From Octopus vulgaris (Eukaryota), in contig OX597818.1 in NCBI GenBank assembly GCA_951406725.2, positions 71,238,001 through 71,302,000 on the forward strand: a stretch of DNA of 64,000 nt, in the 5' to 3' direction. Positions 53,697-64,000 of this stretch are shown piece by piece. Every line of letters begins with the position of its first letter. Positions within the stretch are counted from its first letter, which is position 1. The translations under genes were made by a program, and so were the position numbers. The notes under the pieces were generated by a model. The model searched no databases. It was not told the origin of the DNA and saw only the letters and a list, made by a program, of their open reading frames with translations.

Positions 53697-54361
53697 ATGA
53701 GGCCAAAACTGAATACATAAACAAGTGCCTGTCCAACAGTGATTGCATCATCCATACTCTCAACAGTGCGCCTTTAAATATGGTCTCTGATTATAAATAT
53801 CTTGGGTCATACATATCATCATCTGGAAAAGACTTTCTAACTAGAAAGGGTATGGCCTGGTCAGCCTGTAATGACATGCATAAGATCTGGTCATCAAATC
53901 TAAGTAGAGACTTCAAACACTTGAAATCTTCAAAGCCACAGTCGAACCAATTCTACTATATGGCTCAGAAACCTGGACATTATCAAAGTAGCTTGAGAGG
54001 CGGTTGGATGGAACCTACACTCGCCTCCTTATGAGAGCTCAAAATCTCTCGTGGAAGCGCCATCCAACCAAAATGCAAATATATGGGAAACTACCACCTG
54101 TGTCATCTCTTGTGAAAGGTAGGAGAGTCCAGTTTGCTGGACATTGTTGTAGAGCTGAAAAAGAAGTAATTTCTACTCTTCTCCTCTGGAAGCCATCTAC
54201 TCGCAATACCAGAGGGCGCACACTCTCCTACCCTGATGTAATCTCCAGGGATACAGGCATCCAGCAACAGGACCTCCGTAATGCTATGATGGACCGTGAA
54301 GTCTGGCGTAACATAGTAAATTCCATTGTCTCGACCACGGTCGAACAATGATGATGATGAT
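53697..54361 (+). mobile_element. Second copy of the RTE/RTE-X-like LINE, (TGA)n tail
   Basis: Near-identical to 42449-43100. Confidence 0.9.
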
Positions 54362-54453
54362 GCAAATATAGTATTGATGTATCCCATTTATGTTCAGTAG
54401 AAATTAAATAAATAAAGAATTTTGACATGTACGAATATTTATTTCCCCCCACT
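54360..54453. mobile_element. Solo fragment of the Tc1 TIR
   Basis: Matches 4590-4683. Confidence 0.8.
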
Positions 54454-54899
54454 TTATATATGTTGGAAAAAAAGAAGCAGTCAGAACTGTAGATAATTCT
54501 TTATTAACGCTTTCGTTCGTTTATTGAACTCGTCAAGGAACAATAAAAATGATTTTAGTTCGATATGTTTGATGAACGAACAAAGATATTCCAAAATTCT
54601 GTTATTCCGTTTTTCTCAATATACAATATCTGCACACCACTTCAAACACTCTATACACACACACATACAAATATCACCCAGGCATGGCCTGAACAGACAA
54701 GAATGCAGTTTCATGATGAAGACCAGTGTTCCATCTGTTATTAATATCTGTGAGTGAAATAGAGTAGACAAAAAAGTTCGTTTGACGGACTGTACCTGTC
54801 ATTAAAAATGACAAGCCTTTTAACACAGTCTCTGATTCGCTCCGAGAGGAATGGCATTTTTTTAAACCTACATAAATGTAATACAATGAAAATACTTAC

Positions 54900-55049
54900 A
54901 TTTCAACAGTCGTGAATCTTGCTCAAGCTTTAATCTTTCAATGTTCCATTGCTTAAATCGGTTCTTATTTTTGCGTGTTGACGAAGGCTTTGGTAAAGGT
55001 AACCCAATATTTATATCGGGGTTTAATACAGGATCTTTTTTGTTAATCT
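54900..55049 (-). CDS. MRPL38: MRPL38 exon 2
   Basis: EINKKDPVLNPDINIGLPLPK...LEQDSRLLK; TTTTGTCAG/GTAAGT boundaries, phase 1 on both sides. Confidence 0.9.
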
Positions 55050-55358
55050 CTGACAAAAGCAGAATTGAAGAGAAAAGAAACCGTAAGCAGCTTCACAGAT
55101 AAATATCTGCTCAAAAGAAATTATCATTAAGTGACACAGCAGTCTCGATTACTGCTCCATTTATAAAGATAATAAGGAATTGTAGAAATCGTAATTGCAA
55201 TAGATCAAATATAAATACTGTATTCTTTATTCTTAAGTGTTATGATTAAGAATAATAAATTATTGAGAGAAATGAAAAATAACCTTTGTTGACATTGTTG
55301 ATTGAAAACATAATAAAGTACTTCTGTAATGTAAGTTCGAGTGAAGTTTTCTATTTAC

Positions 55359-55491
55359 CTTTCATGCGATCTTCAAATGTCAATATTGGTTGTATTGGTC
55401 TTGTATATAAAGACGATATTCTGGTCGCAATCGGTGAAATACGACCAAATAAACGAAGTTTCCCAAAATTCTTCCTCAATGTCGCAGCCAT
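55359..55491 (-). CDS. MRPL38: MRPL38 exon 1 (mitochondrial presequence-like)
   Basis: MAATLRKNFGKLRLFGRISPIATRISSLYTRPIQPILTFEDRMK, Arg-rich; AG|GTAAAT donor, phase 1; full CDS 1221 nt = 406 aa plus stop. Confidence 0.85.
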
Positions 55492-57546
55492 CGTCACTGA
55501 CACAAGAACAGATAACTCCTCCTGGCTTAAAATTATTTTAACTTCTTTCATCAGAAATCTCCATAAGGGAGATAACGTGAGTGCGAATCCTTCCTTGGGG
55601 GCCGCCTACTTTGTAGGAAATGTAATGGTTCAGTTAAAAAGGGGAAGCAGCATTTATGATGTTTTTGCCATTTGCCCGAGTTTAGTGCGGAAAAGGAGAA
55701 AGAAACAACATCAGGAGACTGGACTGCTAAATGTATTAAATAGATAATAGCTGGTGGTGTTAAATAGGACGGACGAGAGGGTTTGTAAATTATGCCTACA
55801 ATTTGCTACTAATAACAGCCGAAACTCTATAGTGTTTTATAAAAAGAAGTAAGCATGAATAGATAGTCCGAAAAAACACGGGATGGTCATAACTGGAACG
55901 TCTTATAGTAGTTTGGTCTGGAACTAAACATCTCACACGTCACAACCGTGTCAACTGGTATTTCGTTATAAAATGTTTTAAATCATTTCTGATTGCACTC
56001 ATTGTTTCGTAGAGAAAAGAATGGTGGCTGTTTAATGGACACATACGACCTATAACATTCTTGATGTCTTGATCTTAAGCATAATAAATAATTGGGCAGT
56101 GCTTTTAGCTTTTTCTTTCTTGATAGTATTTTATGATGTGCCAAAAAACGTTTCAGCACACCATAAAGATCTGGTCACTGACATAATAACAATTCAGTTC
56201 CCAGATAATCGAAATGAGACGAACATTTCTGACACAACCATAGTCCAATTCTAATGTTTTTAATGCAACCAAAAGGCCACCTTTTTGAGCATCTCACAAC
56301 TAACTAGTGAGAACTTTGGTGAAAACAAGGTTCTACTTTATACACTAGTATAGCTATAGTGTATGCCGCCCGGGCCAGCCCTTCTGTTTGCTACCCCCAG
56401 ACCCCACAAAAAACATATTGCCAACAGCAGACCCAAAAATGCTGCCCCTACTGCCCCTTAGCTACGCCAGTGACTTTATAGAAGGAAGCTTTTGACCGTA
56501 TCCCACATATAACTATCCTAACTAAATAGTTAAGTAGTAAGTTTCATTGACTAGATTTTCTCCAAACCCTTCTGGTGTACTTCGTTATTTGATTATGCCT
56601 CTCACAGGCTGTCCCATGCACTTTAGTGACTTTTTCAAACTTCAACGTTTTCTACATCAACCTTAAGGCCAGACCAGCACTTTTTCAATAAACAGACACC
56701 TTGACAGTACTTGCTTATCATGACAAGATACTCAGTATCCTACAACAGTACAAATATATTATCACCATCACTATACATATCAAAGAACTATTATTGTACC
56801 TAACCTCTTATTATTGAAAGTTACAGGTGAGCCTGAATAAATGGAGTTATAAAAGTGAAAGTGCAGTCAAACCTTAGAGGTACATACAGATGACTCTGAC
56901 AGCATGTCTGTCAGAAGACTGGTTTCTTGGCTGCTACCTGACTCTGGGTTAAAGGACTTATTGATTATAAAGAACAGAATATTTTCACGTCAATCACATG
57001 AAGTCATTCTTATCTATTATTAATTCAGCTACGAGCTCCATTTAATTCTGACAACCCTGACAAGCATCAGTAGACTTATGTAAATATTGTGATGAACACA
57101 TGTATAACTAAGTTGGCCTGAAAAGTTTTCGCTAAATCATCAGACAAAATGGATTTTATTTGGTGCCATTCTGGAGACTCAGTGTGGATTTGGAGCTTTT
57201 AATGATTTTCTCAGCCTGCCAGCTAATGAAGAAGTTTGTTGAGCAACGAATGCTGTTGTAATAAGTATCTGTGGACCTTACTAAGGCCTTTGAAACTATA
57301 AATTACAGATTATTGTGGTTCTTATTTGTAAACCAACACTAAACTGTACCTCCTAAACCTTGGCCCTAACTGTAACCTTAATCCACTAATATGTAACCCC
57401 ACCACTAATATGATTTCAGTTAGTTAGCTATTGGAACATATATATATGACAAATTGTGGAATTCCATAATTTCAAGAATGAAGCAATCTGATTGTTAAGA
57501 GTTCAAACAAATAATAATTTTTAAAGATTTGTAACTTTATTAATGA

Positions 57547-57929
57547 CTAGCAGTATCGCTCGGGTTTGTAAGGGAAATAATTATATAAGCATTTTTAGAG
57601 ATGTAAAGTATAATAGCCATCTCAATATGGCTAACCACAAAGGGGGAGGGGTGTTACTGTAGCTTTTTACGTTCAGAGATTTAATAATAAATTTTAGAGA
57701 GTTACTTCCCTTATATATGTCAAAAATGGATTAAAAATGGGAAAAATTGATGGTAAATTTTTTTAAATCGTAGACTCATCGTAGACGCGCGCTAATACCC
57801 AGACGGTCTCGATATGAATCACGACTATAAGATACCCGGTTTTGGTTAAACTGCACCGCAAAATGTGGGAGTAGTTAGGAATCTAAATCGTAGGAGACAG
57901 ACACACAACCTCACTTTTATATATAAAGA
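57547..57929 (-). mobile_element. Non-autonomous Helitron
   Basis: Reverse strand A|TCTTTATATATAAAAG...CTAG|T: TC start, CTAG end, AT insertion site. Confidence 0.75.
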
Positions 57930-58095
57930 TTTCCTCTATTTACATAATATTGAGGTCTCTTTCTTTCTTTTGTTATCTTACTGTTTTTACCAATATACAT
58001 ATATATATATATATATATAAATATATATATAGTTACAGAGATGTACTTGCATAGCAAGTGACTTGATCTGAGATCGTGTGCTGGAACGAAAACAG

Positions 58096-58355
58096 TTGCA
58101 GCGTTGAAGGTGTTTATAAGCCATTTAAGAAACACACAAAAACCGTTAGATTCACTTCAACATTTAAATTTAATTTGTGAAAATATTTTCGTCGCTTTGA
58201 GACCGCGACCTGTTAGCACGATATTTTTGTCAGTGAACAGGTCGCGGTCTGAAAGCGACGAAAATATTTTGGCAAATTAAATTTAAATGTTGAAGTTAAT
58301 GTAACGGTTTTTGTGTGTTTCTTAAATGGCTTTACAAACACCTTCCACGCTGCAA
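58096..58355. mobile_element. Palindromic repeat with ~120-bp arms carrying a G3-C8 hammerhead variant
   Basis: 58096-58214 is inverted relative to 58236-58355; flanked by (AT)n; homolog at 7930-8065. Confidence 0.8.
58226..58276 (+). ncRNA. Hammerhead-like motif with swapped core GUGAACA (G3-C8)
   Basis: TTTGTCA-GTGAACA-G-GTCGC-GGTCTGAAA-GCGAC-GAAAA-TA-TTT-TGGCAAA. Confidence 0.65.
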
Positions 58356-58714
58356 TATATATATACACACATATATATATGTATGTATGTATGTATGTGT
58401 GTATATGTGTATGCATGTATGTGTGTGTGTGTGCGTGTCTGTGCTTGTGATTGTCCTCCACCACTGCTTGACAACGAATGTTGGTTTGTTTACATCCCTG
58501 TCACCTAGTGGTTTGACAAAGGAAACAGATAGAATAAGTACAATGCTTACAAAAATAAAACTGGAGTTGATTCATTAAACTACAATTCTTCAAGGCATTG
58601 CCCCAGCATGGCCACAGACCAATGGCTGGAAAAAGCAGAAGAATAAAAGAATACATTCTCTGCTTTGGTCATATGTTGAAGGCATGAGAAAGCTTGAGTT
58701 TACATGAGAAGGCC

Positions 58715-59092
58715 TAACAGACCTGGTAGAAACAGCAGCCAAATCTCCCTCAAATCACACCTTACTGTCTTATGTATGTATATATATATGAGCCAATGAG
58801 GGGGACCTCTACATGGTAGCTAGACCTGGTAGAAATAGCAGCCAAATTTCCCCCAAATCACACCTTACTGTCTTATCTATGTATATATGTATGTATGAGC
58901 CTATGAGGGAGACCCCTACATGGCAGCTAGACCTGGTAGAAATAGCAGCCAAATTTCCCCCAAATCACACCTTACTGTCTTATCTATGTATATATGTATG
59001 TATGAGCCTATGAGGGAGACCCCTACATGGCAGCTAGACATGGTAGAAATAGCAGCCAAATCTCCCTCAAATCACACCTTACTGTCTTATCT
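58715..59092. repeat. Tandem repeat, ~3.5 copies of a 103-107-bp unit
   Basis: acctggtagaaa(t/c)agcagccaaat at 58721, 58824, 58931 and (one mismatch) 59038; ORFs repeat with period 107. Confidence 0.9.
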
Positions 59093-59119
59093 TTCTGCTA
59101 CTTGGATATAGGTGTTATA

Positions 59120-59586
59120 CTCGTCGTAAAAAAACTTTCCTGTCACACACTCACGCACACACACACACACGCACCCTCACACACGCGCACACCCACACAC
59201 ACCCACTCACACACACGCACGTTAGCTTACAATTTTATTTATATATTTGCGTGTCTGTGTGGAAAGAGGAAGTGGGAGGCAGAGTGAAAGAATCACTCAC
59301 TACAGTAAGTCAATTACTTTCATTTTATTTGTTGCCCACTGTGTGTGTGTGCGTTTGCGTGTGCTGTAAACCAGACTAAGAAAAGCATTTGACACACACA
59401 CCAGAATGTGAGTTTTCTGTAAATTTTGCTCAACTGGAGTTTAAATTTTAAAAACTGGACCTGGCATGACGCGATGCATTGTACTCTTAAAAATGCAAGG
59501 TAAATTGTAATTGAAGAAATCCTATATTGTAGATTTGTATAACTCCCAAAGAGAGGCAGATAAAATCTGCCTTTTATAATAAGAGA
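59120..59586 (-). mobile_element. Helitron-like fragment
   Basis: Reverse strand A|TCTCTTATTATAAAAGGCAG start with GGCAGA...TCTGCC hairpin. Confidence 0.45.
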
Positions 59587-59959
59587 TTTTCTCAGCTTTC
59601 CAGCTAATGGAGAAGTGCATTGAGCAATGGGTGCTGCTGTATTAAGTATGTATCGAGATTACTAGGGCCTTTGAAAGAGTAAATTACAAGACTCCAAATT
59701 TGGTGTGCAAATGTGCTTTAGAACTTTTGGCAAAGTCTTTGACTCTTTGACCTAAGATATTTAGACACCAAGTCTAAAACATTTGGCCCCTTTGTCAGAA
59801 AGTTTCTTTATGCTGATGATGCAACAAGCAAGAACTTATAGTAAAATGTGAGAAAATTTTATTTTGAATCCTAGCTTTGGAAATTGGTAGCTATCTACTA
59901 CATATTTAATGAAAGAAAATGAAATGAAATGCTGAAAACTTTCAATACTAATTCTAGAT

Positions 59960-60105
59960 CCTACCTCTAAAATTAACCTTAAATCCTAACACTAAACCCT
60001 AAATTCTAACCCTAAAATGTAATTGTAAACCAACACTAACCTATACCACCTAAACCCTAACCCTAACTGTAACCTTAATCCTTAGCCTAACCCTAAAACC
60101 CTACC
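59960..60105. repeat. Degenerate (CCCTAA)n telomere-like tract
   Basis: aaaccctaaccctaactgtaaccttaatccttagcctaaccctaaaaccct; related copy at 57330-57400. Confidence 0.6.
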
Positions 60106-61094
60106 AGTAAAATGATTTCAGTTACTTTGCTATGGAAACATATACATATGACAAATCCATAATGTCCATCATTTCAAGAATGAACACATCTAATTGTGAA
60201 AGGTTAAGACAAATATCAATTTTTAAAGATTTGTAAGTTATTTTTATGATAAGTCTCTCCAAATAGGCACAGGTGTGGCAATGTTGTTGGAAGTTTGTTT
60301 CCCAACCACATGGTTCTGTATTCAGTCCCACTGTGTGGTACATTGTGTGTCTTCTACTATAGCCTGGGGCCATCCAAGGCTATAGATTTGTTAGATGGAA
60401 ACTGAAAGAAACCCATATGTGTGTGTGTGTGCACATGCATTTGTCTCCCATCACCACTTGACAACCAATGCTGGTTTGTTAATGCCCCTGTAACTTAGCA
60501 GTTTGGCAAAGGAGATCAAGAGAAAAAGTACCTGGCTTAAAAAAAACGTTATGGGATTCATTCATTTGTCTAAAAATCTTCAAGGCAGTGCCAGAGCATG
60601 GCTGTAGTCCAATGACTGAAACAAGTAAGAGTTAAAAGATGAATAATGGTTGCAGTTTCCATAATTGGTACACAAAAATATGTCTCTACAGAAATTTTCA
60701 AATGTGGGTCATGTTGAAAGGCTCTTTTTTGCTTTGAGAATCAACTTGTAATTATAGAGATGTAGGATAGGATTCATGACAGATGAAGTGTAGACAGATA
60801 CTTTGCTACAGGCTAGCTAGGAAGTTGGTCAGCAGGAAAGAAAAGGACTTCTGGGCAGAAAAGGATAATGGAAGAATGTCAGCAGCGTGTGTAAAACGAA
60901 TCTGTGGGAACTATACAGAAATAACTGACGACTTAAGCCCTATTGTACCTAAAGTAATAAACCTTTAGTAAATGCACACTCGTCTGCACTTGTTTGTTTA
61001 CGTATAGCTTAACAAAGCTATAACTGGTGACCCCGACGATCAAACAACATCTCCCGCTACCAAACAAACATGGCTGGCAACAAAACACCACTGT

Positions 61095-61420
61095 TTTGTT
61101 TCGGCTGATATACCCTCTAGCCAACATCAGGTGTCTTTGGGAAATTTTGAACCTGGGTTCTCATTCCTAAGGTATTTTTCGATGTTGTTGTTGTTGTTAT
61201 TATTATTATTATCATTCAGGTCACTGCCTGGAATCGAACTCAGAATCTTGTGGTTAGTAACCCCTGCTCTTAACCACTATGCCATGTGCCCGTGGGAATG
61301 AGAACCCAGGTTAGAAAATTCCCCAAGACACCTGATGACAGCTGGAGGGTACATCAGCCGAAATGTTGTGTTAAAAACAAACATGATGAGGACAAATATC
61401 CGTCAAATGTAAATAATGTA
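61095..61420. mobile_element. HHR-SINE: minus-strand tRNA-headed copy joined to an inverted headless copy
   Basis: 61095-61291 is the reverse complement of 61741-61920; 61295-61420 is a forward body with HHR at 61327-61372. Confidence 0.8.
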
Positions 61421-61740
61421 AAGGTTTATAAGTATTAACTTATGTCAAAGTTATTTTAATAACAATCGATTAATACGAGGTATGCACTGTATACAACAAT
61501 TTATTCGATATATATAATATTGAAATACCTTCTGAGAGTCGTATTGTCGCTAATCCTCGTCATCTCAGGCCATTCATCATGAGTGGTACTAACCACAGTC
61601 TCTGTGATACTAGCTGACGTACAGCTTCTGTTGATCATCCAGATAACGCTACATGGAACAGTGACCATCTTAACGGTCATTATCATTCCAGCTAGAGTCG
61701 GATAATGTTTTCTGTTACTCGTATCCACTTTCTGCACCAT

Positions 61741-62005
61741 GGGTGTATGGCGCAGTGGTTAAGAGCGAGCGTTACTAACACCTACATTCCGAGTTCGATT
61801 CCAGGCAGTGAACTGAATAATAATAACAACAACATCGAAAAATACCTCATGAATGAGAACCCAGGTTCGAAATTTCCCTAAGACACCTGATGAAGGCTGG
61901 AGGGTAAATCAGCCGAAATGTTGTGTTAACAACAAACAAGATGAGGACAAATATCCGTCAAATATAAATAATGTCCATAATTCCTCATGCCTTAAATATA
62001 GAACA
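61741..62005 (+). mobile_element. tRNA-derived SINE carrying a minimal hammerhead (61882-61927)
   Basis: A box TGGCGCAGTGG, B box GAGTTCGATTCC, (AAT)n(AAC)n linker, then GACAC-CTGATGA-A-GGCTG..CAGCC-GAAA-TG-TT-GTGTT. Confidence 0.8.
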
Positions 62006-63492
62006 TTATAAACATTTATTTGATATTGAATATACAGCTAAACACATGATTAACTTCACTAGTTGATTATGAGAAATTACGAATTGATGGCTAAATATTG
62101 AAGACTATATCTGACCATTAATGATTTGGCCAAAATTTGCTTCTTTGTTTTTATGACGGTTGATAAAGATTTGCTTCAAGGATGTGATTATATGTGTAAA
62201 GAATGGATTTATTATGTGAACTTTCCGACAGACAATAACATTGGAAATATTTCCTCCTGCTACTTTTCTAATAATTATAATTCGGTGTGGTGGGCCACGG
62301 ATGGTCAGAAAACTAATTGACGTGAGAACTGAAAGTGTGAGTGACAAGCAGATAAATATGTAATAACTTTTTAAGGAAGGAGATTTAGCAGCAGCAAAAA
62401 ATGGTTTGAAAACTGCTAGAGGAGGTCGAATTTTGATCGAGTCATATGCATTGTGCTTTATATTAATGCTCTGTGCATAATATAATTCTTATATTAAATG
62501 TTTAGTTCTTACTGCACAATGAATCACATTGTCTGTAAATATAGAAATATGTACATGTGTTGCAGTATAAAAACAAAGGCCGAGGTAAAGGACAGGAACC
62601 ACTTTCGGTTATTATTATTTTTCTTTCTACAGAAACTCACTTTTTTCGGGTCAATATAAAGATCCTCCCCATTAACGAAAAAGAAATAAAACCCTATAGC
62701 CTGCAGGGTGTTAACAACTGTCTACAAAACGAAGATGAAAAACAAAGTTTGAGCAAACGAACCTGGTGGGGTGAGAGGAATTTCGGAAAATTCAAAAGAT
62801 CCGAGTTTTCCCTCATAACTTTCAGGAAAATTTTTATATATATATATTACGAAGTACCACGTCTTTGGCCACGGAAAATCCGATACGGAAGAAAAAAAAA
62901 AGTGTTTGTTAAATTTCAATCAAAAAAAAAAAAAAAAATCAACCTCCTTCAAATTGTACGGCTTTGGCCTTCAAGCAGGCTATCCACATGCTAGAAATAA
63001 CAACCAAATCTCACAAAACTGCGATGACATAATGAAAGAAATATATAATCAATCTGCCAATTTTGAGATCTAAAGCGTTTGACTCGAGCCCCCCCCCCAA
63101 AAAAATAAATAGTGCAATAGGTATAAAACAACATGTAGTAAAATAATCTGAAAAAAAAGTGCGCGCTGGTAAACGGGGCGCAGGGTAGAGAGCTCGGAAA
63201 ATTCACATCGGGAATGTTCCGAATCCTCTCACCATTTCCCCGTTCGTCAGCGAAAATTGTTTTCTTCGCATTCGTTTACTAGACATTATTTTACACTGTT
63301 TTCGTTCATTTTTGTAGCGTTGAGTTTCGCTTTAGTTTAACCGTTTTGCGTTGGTCAAATGATTCTCTTTAATTTCACTTTGTCACAGTATTTCTTTGGT
63401 ATTTTTACTTTTCTTTCTTCAAAAGAGCTTACTGTTATTTATGCGCTCATTTTTTGTAATTTGCAAAGCAAGAAAAAAAAAAAGAACAAAAA

Positions 63493-63570
63493 ATGAACAC
63501 ATTCATTTCACATGAATTACTTTGTCATATTACTGTGGGAAATTACTCTGAAAGAAATCTTTACAGAAAG
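63493..63570 (+). CDS. Candidate first coding exon of a divergently transcribed gene
   Basis: AAAAATG then open frame to a consensus donor AAG|GTGAGT at 63571; CpG-enriched non-repetitive sequence at 63150-63350; alternative ATG at 63512. Confidence 0.4.
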
Positions 63571-64000
63571 GTGAGTAGATTGATTACATATTTCTTTCAT
63601 TATGTTATCGCAGATTTGTGAGATTTGGCTGTTATTTCTAGCATGTGGATAGCCTGCTTGAAGGCCAATGCCTTAGAATTGGGGAGGGGCTGTTGGGTCC
63701 CCCCCCCCCATATATATCCATTTCCCTGAAAGTCATGAGGAAAAAATCGGATCTTGTGAATTTTCCGGAATTCCTCTCCCTGCACCCAGGTTAGTTTGTG
63801 CAAATTTTTTTTTCATATTCGTTTTCTGCATAACTACATATTTCTGCCCTCCACCCCAACTTTGGATGATCATGACTTTCAGAGAAATGGATATTTTTTA
63901 ATGAAATTTTCTACGAATATATGTCAAATCATGTAGATTCTGAATATACAAACTCTTGGGGGAAATGTGTTTTAGGAGGGGGTGGGGAATTTCGGAAAAT

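Noticed and set aside
55286-55747. 153-aa plus-strand ORF
   Set aside because: Antisense to MRPL38 exon 1, TTG start, no recognisable domain
61741-61812. Possible tRNA gene
   Set aside because: Degenerate cloverleaf; it is the head of a multicopy SINE
62557-62994. 145-aa plus-strand ORF
   Set aside because: Non-ATG start, runs through repeat and poly-A sequence, no recognisable domain

Overview
AT-rich, repeat-dense animal genomic DNA; the (AT)n/(CAT)n microsatellites, RTE-LINE tails and tRNA-derived SINEs look like an Octopus-type cephalopod genome (inference). Host genes: a single-coding-exon C/EBP-gamma bZIP gene (7319-7717, -), an 8-exon mitochondrial ribosomal protein L38 gene (55491->22214, -, 406 aa, all GT-AG introns phase-consistent), an intronless FAM162/UPF0389-like copy with no in-frame upstream ATG nested in MRPL38 intron 4, and a probable first exon of a divergent + strand gene near 63.5 kb. 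The rest is mostly mobile DNA: Tc1 with a nested mariner, further mariners and MITEs, Helitrons, RTE, CR1/L2-like, CRE and R4/NeSL-type LINE relics, and Penelope-like elements (PLEs). The most striking signal is a set of type I hammerhead ribozyme (HHR) motifs in at least five different repeat families: a 312-bp retrozyme-like unit, palindromic PLE derivatives with a greatly extended stem II (including a 1.5-kb fold-back with a 232-bp perfect palindrome), a tRNA-headed SINE with a minimal HHR, a family with a swapped G3-C8 core (GUGAACA), and a CUGUUGA variant. All ribozyme calls are manual structure reads and are untested.
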